Virus record (IMG/VR): IMGVR_UViG_3300012953_000014
Span: 32,001-96,000 of that record
DNA: 64,000 bases
Origin: a virus
Reading direction: 5' to 3' (one strand)
Both the position numbers and the translations under genes were made by a program. How positions within the stretch are numbered: the first letter of the stretch is position 1; the number at the start of each line of letters is the position of its first letter. Below the pieces are notes generated by a model. The model worked only from the letters and a program-made list of their open reading frames with translations, was not told where the DNA came from and ran no database searches. This document shows, one piece after another, positions 28,937-39,256 of the stretch.

Positions 28937-31900
28937 TTAGTCCTCAAATGAGGCTCCGGTTCTTGTAATAATGAAGTCAATCGCAATAAACTCAATAGCT
29001 CTTGCAGGTTTGAGATAAATCTTCGCATACAAAATGTTTCTATCAACCAAATCTGGTGTGGTTGTTGTCTCATCAAGGATTATTCGGTAATCCATCAAGC
29101 CTTGTCCAGCAACAATGCTGTCTAGGAATGGGCCAACCTGTCCAGTAAAACGATCCCATGTCGATTGAACATTTTGTTCGAACAACAATCTGGATGCAAT
29201 GAATGAAACTTGACGCTTAACCAGAATCAATAGTCTTCTGACGTTGATTCTGTCCAGTGCAGATGGGGTCACTTGCAAGGTCTTCTGTCCGAAGATTACA
29301 ATGCCTTCCGCTGGGAATTGTGCGATTGGGTTAATGTTTGCTCCGTATAAATCATCTCGATCTTTTGAGCGCAATCGTTGTTTAACACCAGTCACTGGAA
29401 TGCCAGCAGCACCTTCGCTTAGTCCGCCGCGAGTAAACCCGGCTGGCGCAAACCAAACATCAGATTTTGCTTGAGCACTAGAAAGAGTTCCGAGTGCAAC
29501 AACCGATGGAGGAACAAAAATGTTTCTTCCACTATCGCGGTCGCGAACTTGAACGAACGGGTAATATGCGGCTGCATAACTCGTGTTCAACGCTCGGGAT
29601 TCAAGGTTACTGATTGTTGTATCAACATCACCTTTTCGGTCAGCTTCTGTTTGATTGCTCAAACCTTCGGCTGGTGGCGTATAATCGCCAGCCAAATCGA
29701 TGATTGCCAAAGCATCTGCTCTGTTTTCACATGTAGAAATCATATGGTCTTGAGCAGGGGTTGATGTGATACCTGGCATTGCAATCATGTTCATTTGAAC
29801 ATCTTCTGGGTCTGCCACTACATCAACTGCCATCTTGACCGAGTTCATTGCATAGCTTGTTAATTCTGTCTTACCGGAAGCAAGAGCGCGAGTATTATTA
29901 AATGGTTCGGCTTCTTGGATATTAAGTCCGTCGAAACCGCCGATAAGTGGCATTGTGAACTTATCAAATCCATTATCAAGAACAGTCTTATAACCGCTAC
30001 TGCCTGTTGAAGTCATAGAAGAACCACTCCAGAACGCAGCAGTAGTAGCACCGCCTTTTCCTTGATGAGAACCTGAAAGCCATACTGCAATCGTTCCACT
30101 ACCATGACCTGATGTTCCTGTTAGGCAAAGATCATCAAGTGTGAACAAGTATGAGTATTCGAGACCTCCATCATTTGTTGTAGCTCCATTATTTGTTGGT
30201 ATTGAAACCGCACTTGAATATCCATCTTGTGCTGAAATACCGCTTGGGAATGCTCTTACTAGATCCTGATAGGACTCGTCATATCGGGAAAAGTCATTTG
30301 GTCTACTTGTGGAAGATCCAAAGTAAGCATCTTGATTGCTATTTAAACTACCTTGACTTGAACTGTCTCTTATCGTAATAGATGGGAAGAATACTGATGC
30401 AGAAATTTTGCTAGCATCTGTCCAAGCAAATGAAGAAGTTGATTGAGGAAAATGTCTAAATGATTTTTCAGATCCAGTTGAAGGAACAAAACCAGACCAG
30501 TTCTCTGTACCTTGACGGCCTTCGAGGTCATCGGCACCACCGGCAAGACGTGATTTGATATAAGAGCCACTGAAGAAGGAATAACCTTTCCACCGAACAG
30601 GTCCATAGAAACCAAATGGTAAGAACGCTGCATTGGTTTTTGCGGTCTCAACGGCAGAGTTCATCTCAACTCTAATATATTTTGAGTTTGCCGCATAACC
30701 TCCATAGGTACGATATTCTCTCTTTGTATCATCAAACTCGACATATTGATCGCCAATCTTTCTTGCAATAAAGTTTGGAGAATTTGGATCCAAGTTGCAC
30801 ATCGTAAACTGTTCTACGATTTGTGGAGCTTCATCGACATCTCGTGCAAGTCTTACTTGGACTGTAAATGTTCCGTACTCATCAAACTGATTTGTTGGTC
30901 CTCTAATGTCTGCAATAGAAATCTTGAGATTTTGAGCTTCCCAAGCACCGGCATTGTGAGTTACAAACCTAAATAGTTTTTGTTGATTTTGCGGCTGAAA
31001 ACTACCTGTCGCACCAAAATTCTGGGCAAAGGTCCAGCCAGTTCTTGCATTAGCAGTACTTCTCAGGTGTTCGTTTTGTGTAGCCGAGGCTGAAATTAAT
31101 GGCGCTGTATAAGCGTAAAAAGTGTCTGTATTGATGTACTTATCAACCATGCTTTCAAAAGATTCGCCCAAGAAATAGGTTTTTGCTGTGCCACCAACAC
31201 TTGTTTCATCGTTTGTTAATGTTGGGTTTGTGTTGAATGCTCTTCGGATAAAGTTCTTGCTAGTTCGGCTAAAGTTAAATAAAATACTTCGGTCACCATC
31301 ACTACCGGTTAAGCCCTGTTCGGCGCTTGTTTCTTTTCCAGCGCCTGCGCCGATGATGTTTGCTCTTATGTTGCCATTCGAGTCGGATTGAACCACGACA
31401 TTAGCGCCTGAAACAGCATTGCCGCCGTTTTCTGCAATACTCTTACCAGCAACCTCAACGGTTCCAGTCACACAATAAAAAACTGCGGCCAAGGTTCCTG
31501 TGAGTTGAGTGGTTCCGCTTCCTGAAGGAAGTAGGAATAGCCCGATGCCTCCGCCTGGTCCTTGAGTAGTCGGAGCAGAACCAATCTTCCAACCAGCAGC
31601 ACCTTCTGCTTGTGTTGTGCCAGCATTTGTGTGTGCTTTGCCAAGAAGTCTAACGTAAGTGATTGGTGTACTGTTCCGCAAATAGGCTTCTGCTGCGTAT
31701 GTTCCGTATGCGGGAGATAGAACATCAGGACCATCTCTCCATGGATCCCGGCCAGAGTTACCTGGTACTGGGTTTCCAAAAATTTCTACAAAATCAGACA
31801 TCGAGTCTACTTGAACAGCTCGAAGTCCTGGTCCTCTATTTGCGCGACCGATGATGACTGGTCCTACATCTGCGGGGGTATCTGGTAGTTGAGAGTTGTC

Positions 31901-31954
31901 GATTTCTGCAACTTTAACTCCAGGGGATACAAATCTAAACTTATTGATTGGCAT
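28937..31954 (-). CDS. Contractile tail sheath protein (gp18-like)
   Basis: FVSPGV..EID, WFAPAGFTRG, INPIA.F, GQKTLQ..SALDRINVRRL. Confidence 0.95.
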   Translation of the reverse strand: MPINKFRFVSPGVKVAEIDNSQLPDTPADVGPVIIGRANRGPGLRAVQVDSMSDFVEIFGNPVPGNSGRDPWRDGPDVLSPAYGTYAAEAYLRNSTPITYVRLLGKAHTNAGTTQAEGAAGWKIGSAPTTQGPGGGIGLFLLPSGSGTTQLTGTLAAVFYCVTGTVEVAGKSIAENGGNAVSGANVVVQSDSNGNIRANIIGAGAGKETSAEQGLTGSDGDRSILFNFSRTSKNFIRRAFNTNPTLTNDETSVGGTAKTYFLGESFESMVDKYINTDTFYAYTAPLISASATQNEHLRSTANARTGWTFAQNFGATGSFQPQNQQKLFRFVTHNAGAWEAQNLKISIADIRGPTNQFDEYGTFTVQVRLARDVDEAPQIVEQFTMCNLDPNSPNFIARKIGDQYVEFDDTKREYRTYGGYAANSKYIRVEMNSAVETAKTNAAFLPFGFYGPVRWKGYSFFSGSYIKSRLAGGADDLEGRQGTENWSGFVPSTGSEKSFRHFPQSTSSFAWTDASKISASVFFPSITIRDSSSQGSLNSNQDAYFGSSTSRPNDFSRYDESYQDLVRAFPSGISAQDGYSSAVSIPTNNGATTNDGGLEYSYLFTLDDLCLTGTSGHGSGTIAVWLSGSHQGKGGATTAAFWSGSSMTSTGSSGYKTVLDNGFDKFTMPLIGGFDGLNIQEAEPFNNTRALASGKTELTSYAMNSVKMAVDVVADPEDVQMNMIAMPGITSTPAQDHMISTCENRADALAIIDLAGDYTPPAEGLSNQTEADRKGDVDTTISNLESRALNTSYAAAYYPFVQVRDRDSGRNIFVPPSVVALGTLSSAQAKSDVWFAPAGFTRGGLSEGAAGIPVTGVKQRLRSKDRDDLYGANINPIAQFPAEGIVIFGQKTLQVTPSALDRINVRRLLILVKRQVSFIASRLLFEQNVQSTWDRFTGQVGPFLDSIVAGQGLMDYRIILDETTTTPDLVDRNILYAKIYLKPARAIEFIAIDFIITRTGASFED

Positions 31955-32001
31955 TTATAACGTTCTCCTTAAATAACAACTGACACTTTTAAAGTCTTTA
32001 A

Positions 32002-32009
32002 TAAATAGT
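32002..32009 (-). promoter_or_regulatory. ACTATTTA putative late promoter (sheath)
   Basis: Intergenic, sense orientation. Confidence 0.65.
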
Positions 32010-32039
32010 ATCTTATGGCCCGAAAAGACATGTGAATCA

Positions 32040-32930
32040 TTATCTGGGCAATTTTCCATGATTCCAAGGAAGCTCATCGTCCATGATAGTTCTTTCACGC
32101 GGTTTTTTGACATCAACTGCCGTTTCGCGAATAACAACTTTTGGTGACTCTTGGTTTTTGTCTCCACCAACAAGATGACCAAGAACTTTTAACTGAAAAG
32201 AGGTATGGTAGATTCGACTCTCCTCTGCAATCTCCGTTATGGTGTTGTTTTCTGTAAAATCTTGCTGAATAAACAACTCATACTGGTGTTTGTGCTTCTC
32301 TATTACCTCATAGTTGATGCCATCTGTTTTTGTTAAAAATGGTTGGATTATTTCATTGATCTGTTGTTGATATTCAGTGCGAATATCGATTGTGTATGTT
32401 ACATCAACATAAACTGGCATCGGAATTGAAATTATTTCATAAACTGGCTTGGGATCTAACTTTTTGCTTGGGAAGTTTATACCTTTTTGGCCCGAACCTA
32501 CTGTTTTGTTGTCTTTTCTTGCCGAATATGAGTTTTTAAAGCCTGCTGTCTTGTCTTGCTGTATTCTTCTGGCGATTTCAATCGAACCACCCTTGAATTG
32601 GTTGACTGGGTTAGCTGCTTTGGGATCTATGTTGCCGTAAAACATGCCTTTACGTGCAGGATCCTTTACCATACCATCACGTTTTAAAGTGATCATTGGA
32701 AATATCAAAGCTCCATTGTCATCTCTCAGATCTTTGTTGCTTTTAACCTGATGCGCACGCTCTCCAGCTACCCACAAGACAGGAACTTTTTTAAATCCTT
32801 TGTTTGTTGTGCAAAAGACATCCATTTCTTTGTTCAGCCAGTCGTATGTGGCAAAGTCTATTGTCTCAATTGTTGAAGGGGTAAACGGAAGAATCGTCCG
32901 TATCTCGCCTTTATCATCATTCGCCATCAA
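32040..32930 (-). CDS. Tail terminator / sheath stabiliser (gp15-like)
   Basis: Lies between neck and sheath genes; PMPVYVDVTY..QQINEIIQ. Confidence 0.6.
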   Translation of the reverse strand: MMANDDKGEIRTILPFTPSTIETIDFATYDWLNKEMDVFCTTNKGFKKVPVLWVAGERAHQVKSNKDLRDDNGALIFPMITLKRDGMVKDPARKGMFYGNIDPKAANPVNQFKGGSIEIARRIQQDKTAGFKNSYSARKDNKTVGSGQKGINFPSKKLDPKPVYEIISIPMPVYVDVTYTIDIRTEYQQQINEIIQPFLTKTDGINYEVIEKHKHQYELFIQQDFTENNTITEIAEESRIYHTSFQLKVLGHLVGGDKNQESPKVVIRETAVDVKKPRERTIMDDELPWNHGKLPR

Positions 32931-33408
32931 ACAACCCCTCTCTGGCCCTGTAACACTGAGCCGAAGTTTCTATTTTATGTTCTGTGCGTCCAAAGATTTC
33001 TCTTGGTTGGCTCAAACTTAAAATTTCATAGTAACTATCGCCGTAGAGGAGGAAATCACCCTCTCGGACGTATAGATTTTGGTCCTCTGTCAACCTTCTA
33101 TCATGAAAATGAACAGTTATTGAGGCCAAAACATCAAGACCAAATGTGCTTTGGGCTGTGGTTTCGATTCCGCCGTGCTCCACAAGTGCATAAACCCTAA
33201 TAGGTGGAAGCCAAGTTTTTTTGATTGCTTCTCCGTATAGTTGGTGATAGTTGGTGTGCTCCATGCTTATTGGATAATAAATAACACTTTGGCCGATGAC
33301 CCTTTCTATCAACTCATCGTTTACTTGTTTTACTAGATCTCTTTCTTTTTGCCCAGTAAAGAGAGGTGGAGGAGGAGCGTCCGGTCGATTCCATTTATTG
33401 TTTGCCAT
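32917..33408 (-). CDS. Neck / head-closure protein (gp14-like)
   Basis: ELIE..GQ.V.YY..LYGE..EGD..YEI; follows the gp13-like gene. Confidence 0.7.
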   Translation of the reverse strand: MANNKWNRPDAPPPPLFTGQKERDLVKQVNDELIERVIGQSVIYYPISMEHTNYHQLYGEAIKKTWLPPIRVYALVEHGGIETTAQSTFGLDVLASITVHFHDRRLTEDQNLYVREGDFLLYGDSYYEILSLSQPREIFGRTEHKIETSAQCYRAREGLFDGE

Positions 33409-33420
33409 TTATTCTCCTCC

Positions 33421-34737
33421 TTATCCTACGATTATATTCAGTGGAACTCCGATCTGTATTCTGTTTGAAGCATCAACAGTGTCTGCATCTTTACTTGCCA
33501 AGGATGAATATGTCAACTCATCAAGAAGTGTCTTTAGATCTTCCTTAAGCGCGGATTGTTCATCTTTTGCCTGAGACATGAGTTCTGAAGCATTTAATGT
33601 GATATCGTTGCCCGGTATTGGTATTGATCCGAATTTTCCACGCACTTGAGCTAGCATCTCTTTTGAAACAGCTAGGGCGTACTTTCGAATCCATTGTTTG
33701 CCCATGCTATTTATATTTTGGTATGGTATGTTCGCAAATGGTAAAGTGTTATAGTTGTTTACTCCATTAACACCATCTTTGCGATCAGAACTTCCGGTTG
33801 AATAAGAGTCTGTTCTAACAGCAAACTCAAACCAAATTTTTGTTGGAGCACCTGTTCCTGGCTCTGCTGGTGGTGGATATACTCTGATTCTGTTATCTCT
33901 TATCTCATATGAATAATGAGAAGCCCGAGTATAAATATTTGTCTCATATGCCATGGCCTGGGCCTTGTTTTGCCATGTTGGTACCAACTCAAAGGTCGAA
34001 TCATCAGAGTATTGACCATAACTTTGCAGGTTCCCTACAACATTCAATCCTCCATAATATGCATAAAATCTCCACATAGCTCGTGGAGATCTATAATAAA
34101 CTCTTTTTATTTCAATTCTTTTATTATCAACTTTGTTTGCGAAGTCTTGGCCCATCTCTGAGCCGTCCGTTGAAGCATCTTGCACAACCTCTTGCAGATC
34201 ATAATCTTGCTTATCATTAATAAGAGTGATTGATGCTGAATAGATTCGTGCGTCTCCCATGGCCGCTTCAGTTGATAAACCGCTTGCGACTCGCTTACTT
34301 GCTTCGAATGTAAACTTAGGATATTTTAATGAGGCTTGGGTTCCCAATAAACTGGAAGATAACTCACCAGACTTTAAAATACCATCTTGGTCAAAGGTAC
34401 CAGTTGGTGAGCCAAGAAAGTCTGATAAGACATTTTTTGCCTGATGGCTGTTGATTATATAACAGTATTCTAGTGTCGCTATTTCATAAGAAGAATATAC
34501 ATTATTTTCTGTTATCTCAACATCAAGTACGTCACCACCGAGCATCTTGTAGGTAAAAGATACTTGATCAACTGCTCCCGAAATCCAACCCACAGAGTAC
34601 AAAGCACTTCCGGTATTCGCATACAATCCATACGGTAATGATGACGAAGGTGGGAAATTTCCACTAGCATGTGTGCCTGTTACTGGCAATATAATGGAGC
34701 TAGTGACGCTTTGTGGGGTTAGGTTTGGTGCAGCCAT
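33421..34737 (-). CDS. Neck / head-tail adaptor (gp13-like)
   Basis: LGGDVLDVEIT, WIRKYALA..KE.L..VRGKF..IPG..ITLN. Confidence 0.75.
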   Translation of the reverse strand: MAAPNLTPQSVTSSIILPVTGTHASGNFPPSSSLPYGLYANTGSALYSVGWISGAVDQVSFTYKMLGGDVLDVEITENNVYSSYEIATLEYCYIINSHQAKNVLSDFLGSPTGTFDQDGILKSGELSSSLLGTQASLKYPKFTFEASKRVASGLSTEAAMGDARIYSASITLINDKQDYDLQEVVQDASTDGSEMGQDFANKVDNKRIEIKRVYYRSPRAMWRFYAYYGGLNVVGNLQSYGQYSDDSTFELVPTWQNKAQAMAYETNIYTRASHYSYEIRDNRIRVYPPPAEPGTGAPTKIWFEFAVRTDSYSTGSSDRKDGVNGVNNYNTLPFANIPYQNINSMGKQWIRKYALAVSKEMLAQVRGKFGSIPIPGNDITLNASELMSQAKDEQSALKEDLKTLLDELTYSSLASKDADTVDASNRIQIGVPLNIIVG

Positions 34738-34782
34738 GTTTTGTTCTCCTATATCTTAAGTAGTTAAATGGGGCTTTAAATG

Positions 34783-34823
34783 AAAAAGAAAACCCCACCT
34801 CTCATAAGAAAGATGGGGCTTCT
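34783..34823 (-). terminator. Intrinsic terminator after the capsid gene
   Basis: GCCCCATCTTTC..GAGAGGTGGGGT stem followed by a T-run. Confidence 0.75.
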
Positions 34824-34851
34824 ATGTTTTAAAGAATGTTAACTAATCAGA

Positions 34852-36672
34852 TTAGCCGAGCATATCTTCGATGATAACAAGACCATACATGTCAGAACGA
34901 ACCATCTTCTTACCGTATCGAGTCATAACACCCTTTCTTGGGGTGAAGTCATCGACACCGAAAATGGTAGGAGTAACTTGTAGTGGCACATAAGGTGCGT
35001 ATACGTAGCCACTCTCAAGGAAGCTACCGCCCTTGCGACCAACTAGGATTACGTTACGTGGGAAATATGGGTCAACATAAACGTCCCACTTCTTGCTAAT
35101 AGCACCAACTTTGACTGCACCAGCAGTTCCGCGAGCTTCGTCAGCGGTTGTGTCAGCACGGAATCCAGCGGTGAACTCAAGGATGTTAGCAGCCTCTGGG
35201 CCACAAACCAAGAAGTTCGCTCCGCCACGCAAAGTTTTGCGGTGGATGTTAGCAGAAACATCGTTAACTGTCTCAAGAAGAGTCTCATACCATTCTGATA
35301 CTGTACCAGTAAAATCAGGTAGGACTGTAGCTCCTGGTTGTCCGAGGATTTGCTTGCCAGTATCTTTGATGACAAACTTACCTGGGCGACGTGACCAGTA
35401 GTATGTTCCAGCACTAGAATCCTTAACAAGATCTTCAAGAATCTCTTGGTCAATTTCAAGAGCAATATGCTCAGAAAGAATACCAGTCAATTCTACCTCT
35501 GCATCCAAGTTGTGGTATGCATTGATATCTTGCTGTAGTTCTGGTGTCCATTTAGCCTTCAACTTCTTGGTCATTGCAGTGATTGATACACTGTCAACCT
35601 TGATGTCGATTTCTGGAATGTTGCCAGAGTTTTCTAGGTTCCACATAGTAGCACCGACAACACCACCGGTAGAATCAGCAGCATTAAAGTTGTCTTTGAT
35701 TGCATAAGTTAACTTACGGGTTGAGCCAGCCGCTTTTCCAGCAGTACCAAGTGTGGCACGAGTTGTAACAGTGTGGCCATTTTCCGCATCTTGATCACAA
35801 AGAGCAGAAGGTTTAACTGCACCGTCAACGCTAGCAAATACAAGATAGAAATGAGTTTTCGCATCTCCAGCTTGTCGCTTACCACGATGACTACCAGACC
35901 ACTGTGTCAAACGACGTACTTGAGTACCAGTAAGCTCAGCGGCAGAACCTGTGTAAGTAACAGTAATAGAAACTAGGTCAGATTCATTAAGTTGTGATGT
36001 AAGTGAAGAAGAAACCTTCAAAACACCAACAGTGGTTGTACCAGAAATAAAGTCTGGGTCATATCGCAAAAGGCTGTCAAGTGCGAAACCTTCGTCAGCA
36101 CCTTGGGCAACTTCACCAGCAGGGAATGCTGAACCGGTTCCACCAAAAGTACCAGATGCAAATTGAACAGGTGTACACTCAACTGATCCAGTTGGGGAAG
36201 AGTAACCATTATTCAAAGAATAAAAGCTGTCTTCGCTTGAATCAAGATCAGAAAGGTTAACACCACCAGTGATTTGGCTACCAACAGCTCCACCACCGTA
36301 TACTGACTCGCCAGCTTCTGCTCCGAGTCGTCGAGAGTTGGTCTTAAAGTCTAGGAAGAAAATAAGGCCAGATGGCAAACTCATTGGTTGAACAGAAACA
36401 AGTTCATTTGCGATAAGTCCACCAAATACTCGGCGAACGATTGGGAATGCAACAGCAGCGAAACCTTCGACATCGCCAGCCATCATTGTAGAAGCTTCAC
36501 GAAGAAGCTCTTTTGCTTGGTTTTCAAGAAGACAAGCCATGTTATTACGTGACCAGTCGTTTTGAATACCTTCAAGAAGTCCAGTCTTTTCCCATTTGTT
36601 GAGAAGAGCTTGACCTTCTTTTTGGACATCACGTTTCATGACGCCCTCAGTTAGTTTTTCAATAATACTCAT
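34852..36672 (-). CDS. Major capsid protein (gp23-like)
   Basis: LLENQ, FPIVRRVF, VSVQPMSLPSGLIF, KLKAKWTPE..QD, YAPYVPL, MTRYG. Confidence 0.95.
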   Translation of the reverse strand: MSIIEKLTEGVMKRDVQKEGQALLNKWEKTGLLEGIQNDWSRNNMACLLENQAKELLREASTMMAGDVEGFAAVAFPIVRRVFGGLIANELVSVQPMSLPSGLIFFLDFKTNSRRLGAEAGESVYGGGAVGSQITGGVNLSDLDSSEDSFYSLNNGYSSPTGSVECTPVQFASGTFGGTGSAFPAGEVAQGADEGFALDSLLRYDPDFISGTTTVGVLKVSSSLTSQLNESDLVSITVTYTGSAAELTGTQVRRLTQWSGSHRGKRQAGDAKTHFYLVFASVDGAVKPSALCDQDAENGHTVTTRATLGTAGKAAGSTRKLTYAIKDNFNAADSTGGVVGATMWNLENSGNIPEIDIKVDSVSITAMTKKLKAKWTPELQQDINAYHNLDAEVELTGILSEHIALEIDQEILEDLVKDSSAGTYYWSRRPGKFVIKDTGKQILGQPGATVLPDFTGTVSEWYETLLETVNDVSANIHRKTLRGGANFLVCGPEAANILEFTAGFRADTTADEARGTAGAVKVGAISKKWDVYVDPYFPRNVILVGRKGGSFLESGYVYAPYVPLQVTPTIFGVDDFTPRKGVMTRYGKKMVRSDMYGLVIIEDMLG

Positions 36673-36695
36673 TGTATTAAATCTCCTTAAATATT

Positions 36696-37880
36696 TTAAA
36701 TAATTCCAGCAAGCTTCTTCATTCTCGCGGCTGCGGAAGTGCCAGCTTGCGCTTCTTTTTTGTTAGATTTCAAAACAAGCCTGCTATTTTTGCTCACAGC
36801 CTCACTTAAGTTCTTAGGTGCTTCTTGCGCCTTAGAGGTAAGTGATTCTTGTAAAGTTTCAAAAATAACTTTAGCTTCTTCAGGTGAATTCGCGTTTGAA
36901 ACCGCTTCGACAAGTTTAAATTTTTGTCGCTCATTCAAGGAGGAGGATTCCAGAATACGATTCTGATATACCAACTTAGCGTTGGTTGTATTAAGTTCAG
37001 TTAGTTTTTCACTAACTTGACGGGCAAGACTTTTAAGCTCACTGTGCTCTGCTACAAGACTATTCTTTTCAGTCTTGAGAGATTTTACTTGCTCTTCTAA
37101 ATTTGCGATTTTTTTAACGGCTTCTTCAAATTCTTCGTTCTGCTCTTTCATTTCGGTATCTTCGTCAGCAGCTGCTGCAACTTCTACAGCTCGAACTTGT
37201 TCGCCTTCTGTTGGGTGCGTTGTTCCGATTGCACCTCTTGGTTGGTTTTTTAAATCAACAGTTAAGGCTTCGGTGTTTAAAATTTCTTCGATGGCAGCTT
37301 TGAGAGTTTCTTCGTCGAGTTCTAACTCTTCTTCAACTTTATCTTCTTTATCGTCATTCGCCATTGATTTTTCGATAGCGGCACCGCGCTTCTTTTCATA
37401 GCTAGACAACTTTCCGTCATCATCTAAGTCGGCTTTGTCAGGATTCTTGAGTTTTTCTTCAATGGTATCATCCTCATCTTCTGTTAAAAGGGACAATAAG
37501 TCTTCTTCTGTAGACTCAAACATCATTTCATCACCCATTGGCATTTCTTCTGCCTCATCAGACTGCGCTAGGGCAATCAGCTCTGGTAGATCGATCTCGA
37601 TCTCCTCTTCTTCATCTGGACATGGACATGCTTTTTCGCCATCCATCGCCTTCATTGGAAGTTCATCTACAATCTCGTCTCGATCGACAGATGCATCGGC
37701 GTCCATTGCCATTTCTTCACCAGCAAATGGATCGTCGTCTTGCTCTAAAAGAGCATCAACAGCCTCTTTAATTTCGCTCGAATATTTTGCGATGACTTCT
37801 TGTTCTGCATTTTTGATTGCAGCTTCTTTTAAATTTTGTGCGTCGATGACCGCCTGTTCTAACATTGATGATGACATCAT
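36696..37880 (-). CDS. Prohead scaffold/core protein (gp22-like)
   Basis: Acidic coiled coil directly upstream of the capsid gene; ends RMKKLAGI. Confidence 0.75.
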   Translation of the reverse strand: MMSSSMLEQAVIDAQNLKEAAIKNAEQEVIAKYSSEIKEAVDALLEQDDDPFAGEEMAMDADASVDRDEIVDELPMKAMDGEKACPCPDEEEEIEIDLPELIALAQSDEAEEMPMGDEMMFESTEEDLLSLLTEDEDDTIEEKLKNPDKADLDDDGKLSSYEKKRGAAIEKSMANDDKEDKVEEELELDEETLKAAIEEILNTEALTVDLKNQPRGAIGTTHPTEGEQVRAVEVAAAADEDTEMKEQNEEFEEAVKKIANLEEQVKSLKTEKNSLVAEHSELKSLARQVSEKLTELNTTNAKLVYQNRILESSSLNERQKFKLVEAVSNANSPEEAKVIFETLQESLTSKAQEAPKNLSEAVSKNSRLVLKSNKKEAQAGTSAAARMKKLAGII

Positions 37881-37909
37881 AATCTCCTAATAATAGTTTT
37901 TGTCCTAGA

Positions 37910-37917
37910 TAAATAGT
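37910..37917 (-). promoter_or_regulatory. ACTATTTA putative late promoter (scaffold-capsid)
   Basis: Intergenic, sense orientation. Confidence 0.65.
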
Positions 37918-37974
37918 CTTGAAAAGACTAAAGTGCTATAAAATGTACCCATTTGAGGTATGATGGGCTATTGT

Positions 37975-38385
37975 CTAACCAACTCCAAGCGACCCAGACC
38001 AGTTATTGATGATAGACCCGGTTGGTATGTTTGTTAATCCGGCAACGATATCAAACGGTATAGTAGCACTTGCTGGTCTTTTATAATAAAGTTTGGTTAC
38101 TTTTAAATAAAAAATATTGCCTGCACCCTCATTTATAACATTTGAAGATAAAGATTGAAAATAATTGTTTGTATCCATACCGTTTTCAGAAAAAGAAATT
38201 AGTGGGCCGTCCGACGTTCTGTCTGTGCTTAGATTTCTTATGTGAATCCAATTTGTTACGTATGGAAACTCAATAACTCTAACAACGTTATCAGCCGATA
38301 AGCTACCTCTAAAAAATGGCTGTCCTGAAACTTGATATGATCCAACATCACCTAATGCCGGTCGGCCTGGAGTGTAAATTCCCAT
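37975..38385 (-). CDS. Putative virion protein, paralog 3
   Basis: LGDVGSYQVSG..IEFPYVT..AGLT..NWSGSLGVG. Confidence 0.7.
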   Translation of the reverse strand: MGIYTPGRPALGDVGSYQVSGQPFFRGSLSADNVVRVIEFPYVTNWIHIRNLSTDRTSDGPLISFSENGMDTNNYFQSLSSNVINEGAGNIFYLKVTKLYYKRPASATIPFDIVAGLTNIPTGSIINNWSGSLGVG

Positions 38386-38813
38386 TATCCTACTCCCGTG
38401 GATCCAGACCAGTTGTCCAATATTGAACTAGTGTGAATACCAGTTAAACCAGCGAGCACCTCAACATTGTCTGAAGATCCTGTTAAATATAATCTTGTTA
38501 ATTTAAGTTCTAATCGAGGGGTTTGACCATCGCGCAAACCTGGTGCTCCTGTATAGTTGTCATTGACTCTAAAATAGTTGTCATTTTTAAGACCAACTTC
38601 AGAGACTCCTACCTTAATTTGCTTAGAGTTATCGCTTGAATTTCCAAAGTTTTTAACAATAATCCACCTTGTAACATTTGGAAACTCAATAACTAATGGC
38701 GTATCATCTGGTTGGGATGACAAGTCAATACTGGCAGACACGAATGGAACACCAGATACTCGATAAGACCCAACATTTCCTAAGCCGGGTGAATTTGGAT
38801 CATATCCTGGCAC
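38385..38813 (-). CDS. Putative virion protein, paralog 2 (probable GTG start at 38813)
   Basis: GTG overlaps the upstream TAG; length then matches its paralogs; same motifs. Confidence 0.7.
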   Translation of the reverse strand: MPGYDPNSPGLGNVGSYRVSGVPFVSASIDLSSQPDDTPLVIEFPNVTRWIIVKNFGNSSDNSKQIKVGVSEVGLKNDNYFRVNDNYTGAPGLRDGQTPRLELKLTRLYLTGSSDNVEVLAGLTGIHTSSILDNWSGSTGVG

Positions 38814-39229
38814 TAACCAACTCCAAGTGACCCTGACCAGTTGTCGGGAATAGAGCTTGTTTGAATTCCTGTTAAACCTGCAATAACATCGCAGTTTGTG
38901 CAAGCCCCTGTAAGATATAGTCGCGCTGTTTTGAGTTCCAATCGCGCAGTCATAGTGTCGCCATAATCATTTGCATCTCTTGAGACTGTAAAGTAGTTAC
39001 TCCCATTCAATCCAAGATGTGAAAAAGATACTTTAACGTCACCATCTGATGTGGTATCATGATTTGTGACTGTAATCCATCTTGTTACATACGGAAACTC
39101 AATGACCAATGGTGTGTTATCTGGTTGTGACGATAAGTCAATACCGCCTGATGCGAACGGAACACCGGAAACTTGATATGATCCGACATTTCCTAATCCT
39201 GGTGGTCCGTAGTTAAATCTATTTGACAT
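38813..39229 (-). CDS. Putative virion protein, paralog 1
   Basis: GLGNVGSYQVSG..NWSGSLGVG; preceded by ACTATTTA and GAGG. Confidence 0.7.
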   Translation of the reverse strand: MSNRFNYGPPGLGNVGSYQVSGVPFASGGIDLSSQPDNTPLVIEFPYVTRWITVTNHDTTSDGDVKVSFSHLGLNGSNYFTVSRDANDYGDTMTARLELKTARLYLTGACTNCDVIAGLTGIQTSSIPDNWSGSLGVG

Positions 39230-39256
39230 GTTTTACCTCGTTAATATAAATAGTTA

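Noticed and set aside
38814-38903. ORF-track N-terminal extension of paralog 2
   Set aside because: Overlaps paralog 1; GTG at 38813 gives the family-typical length
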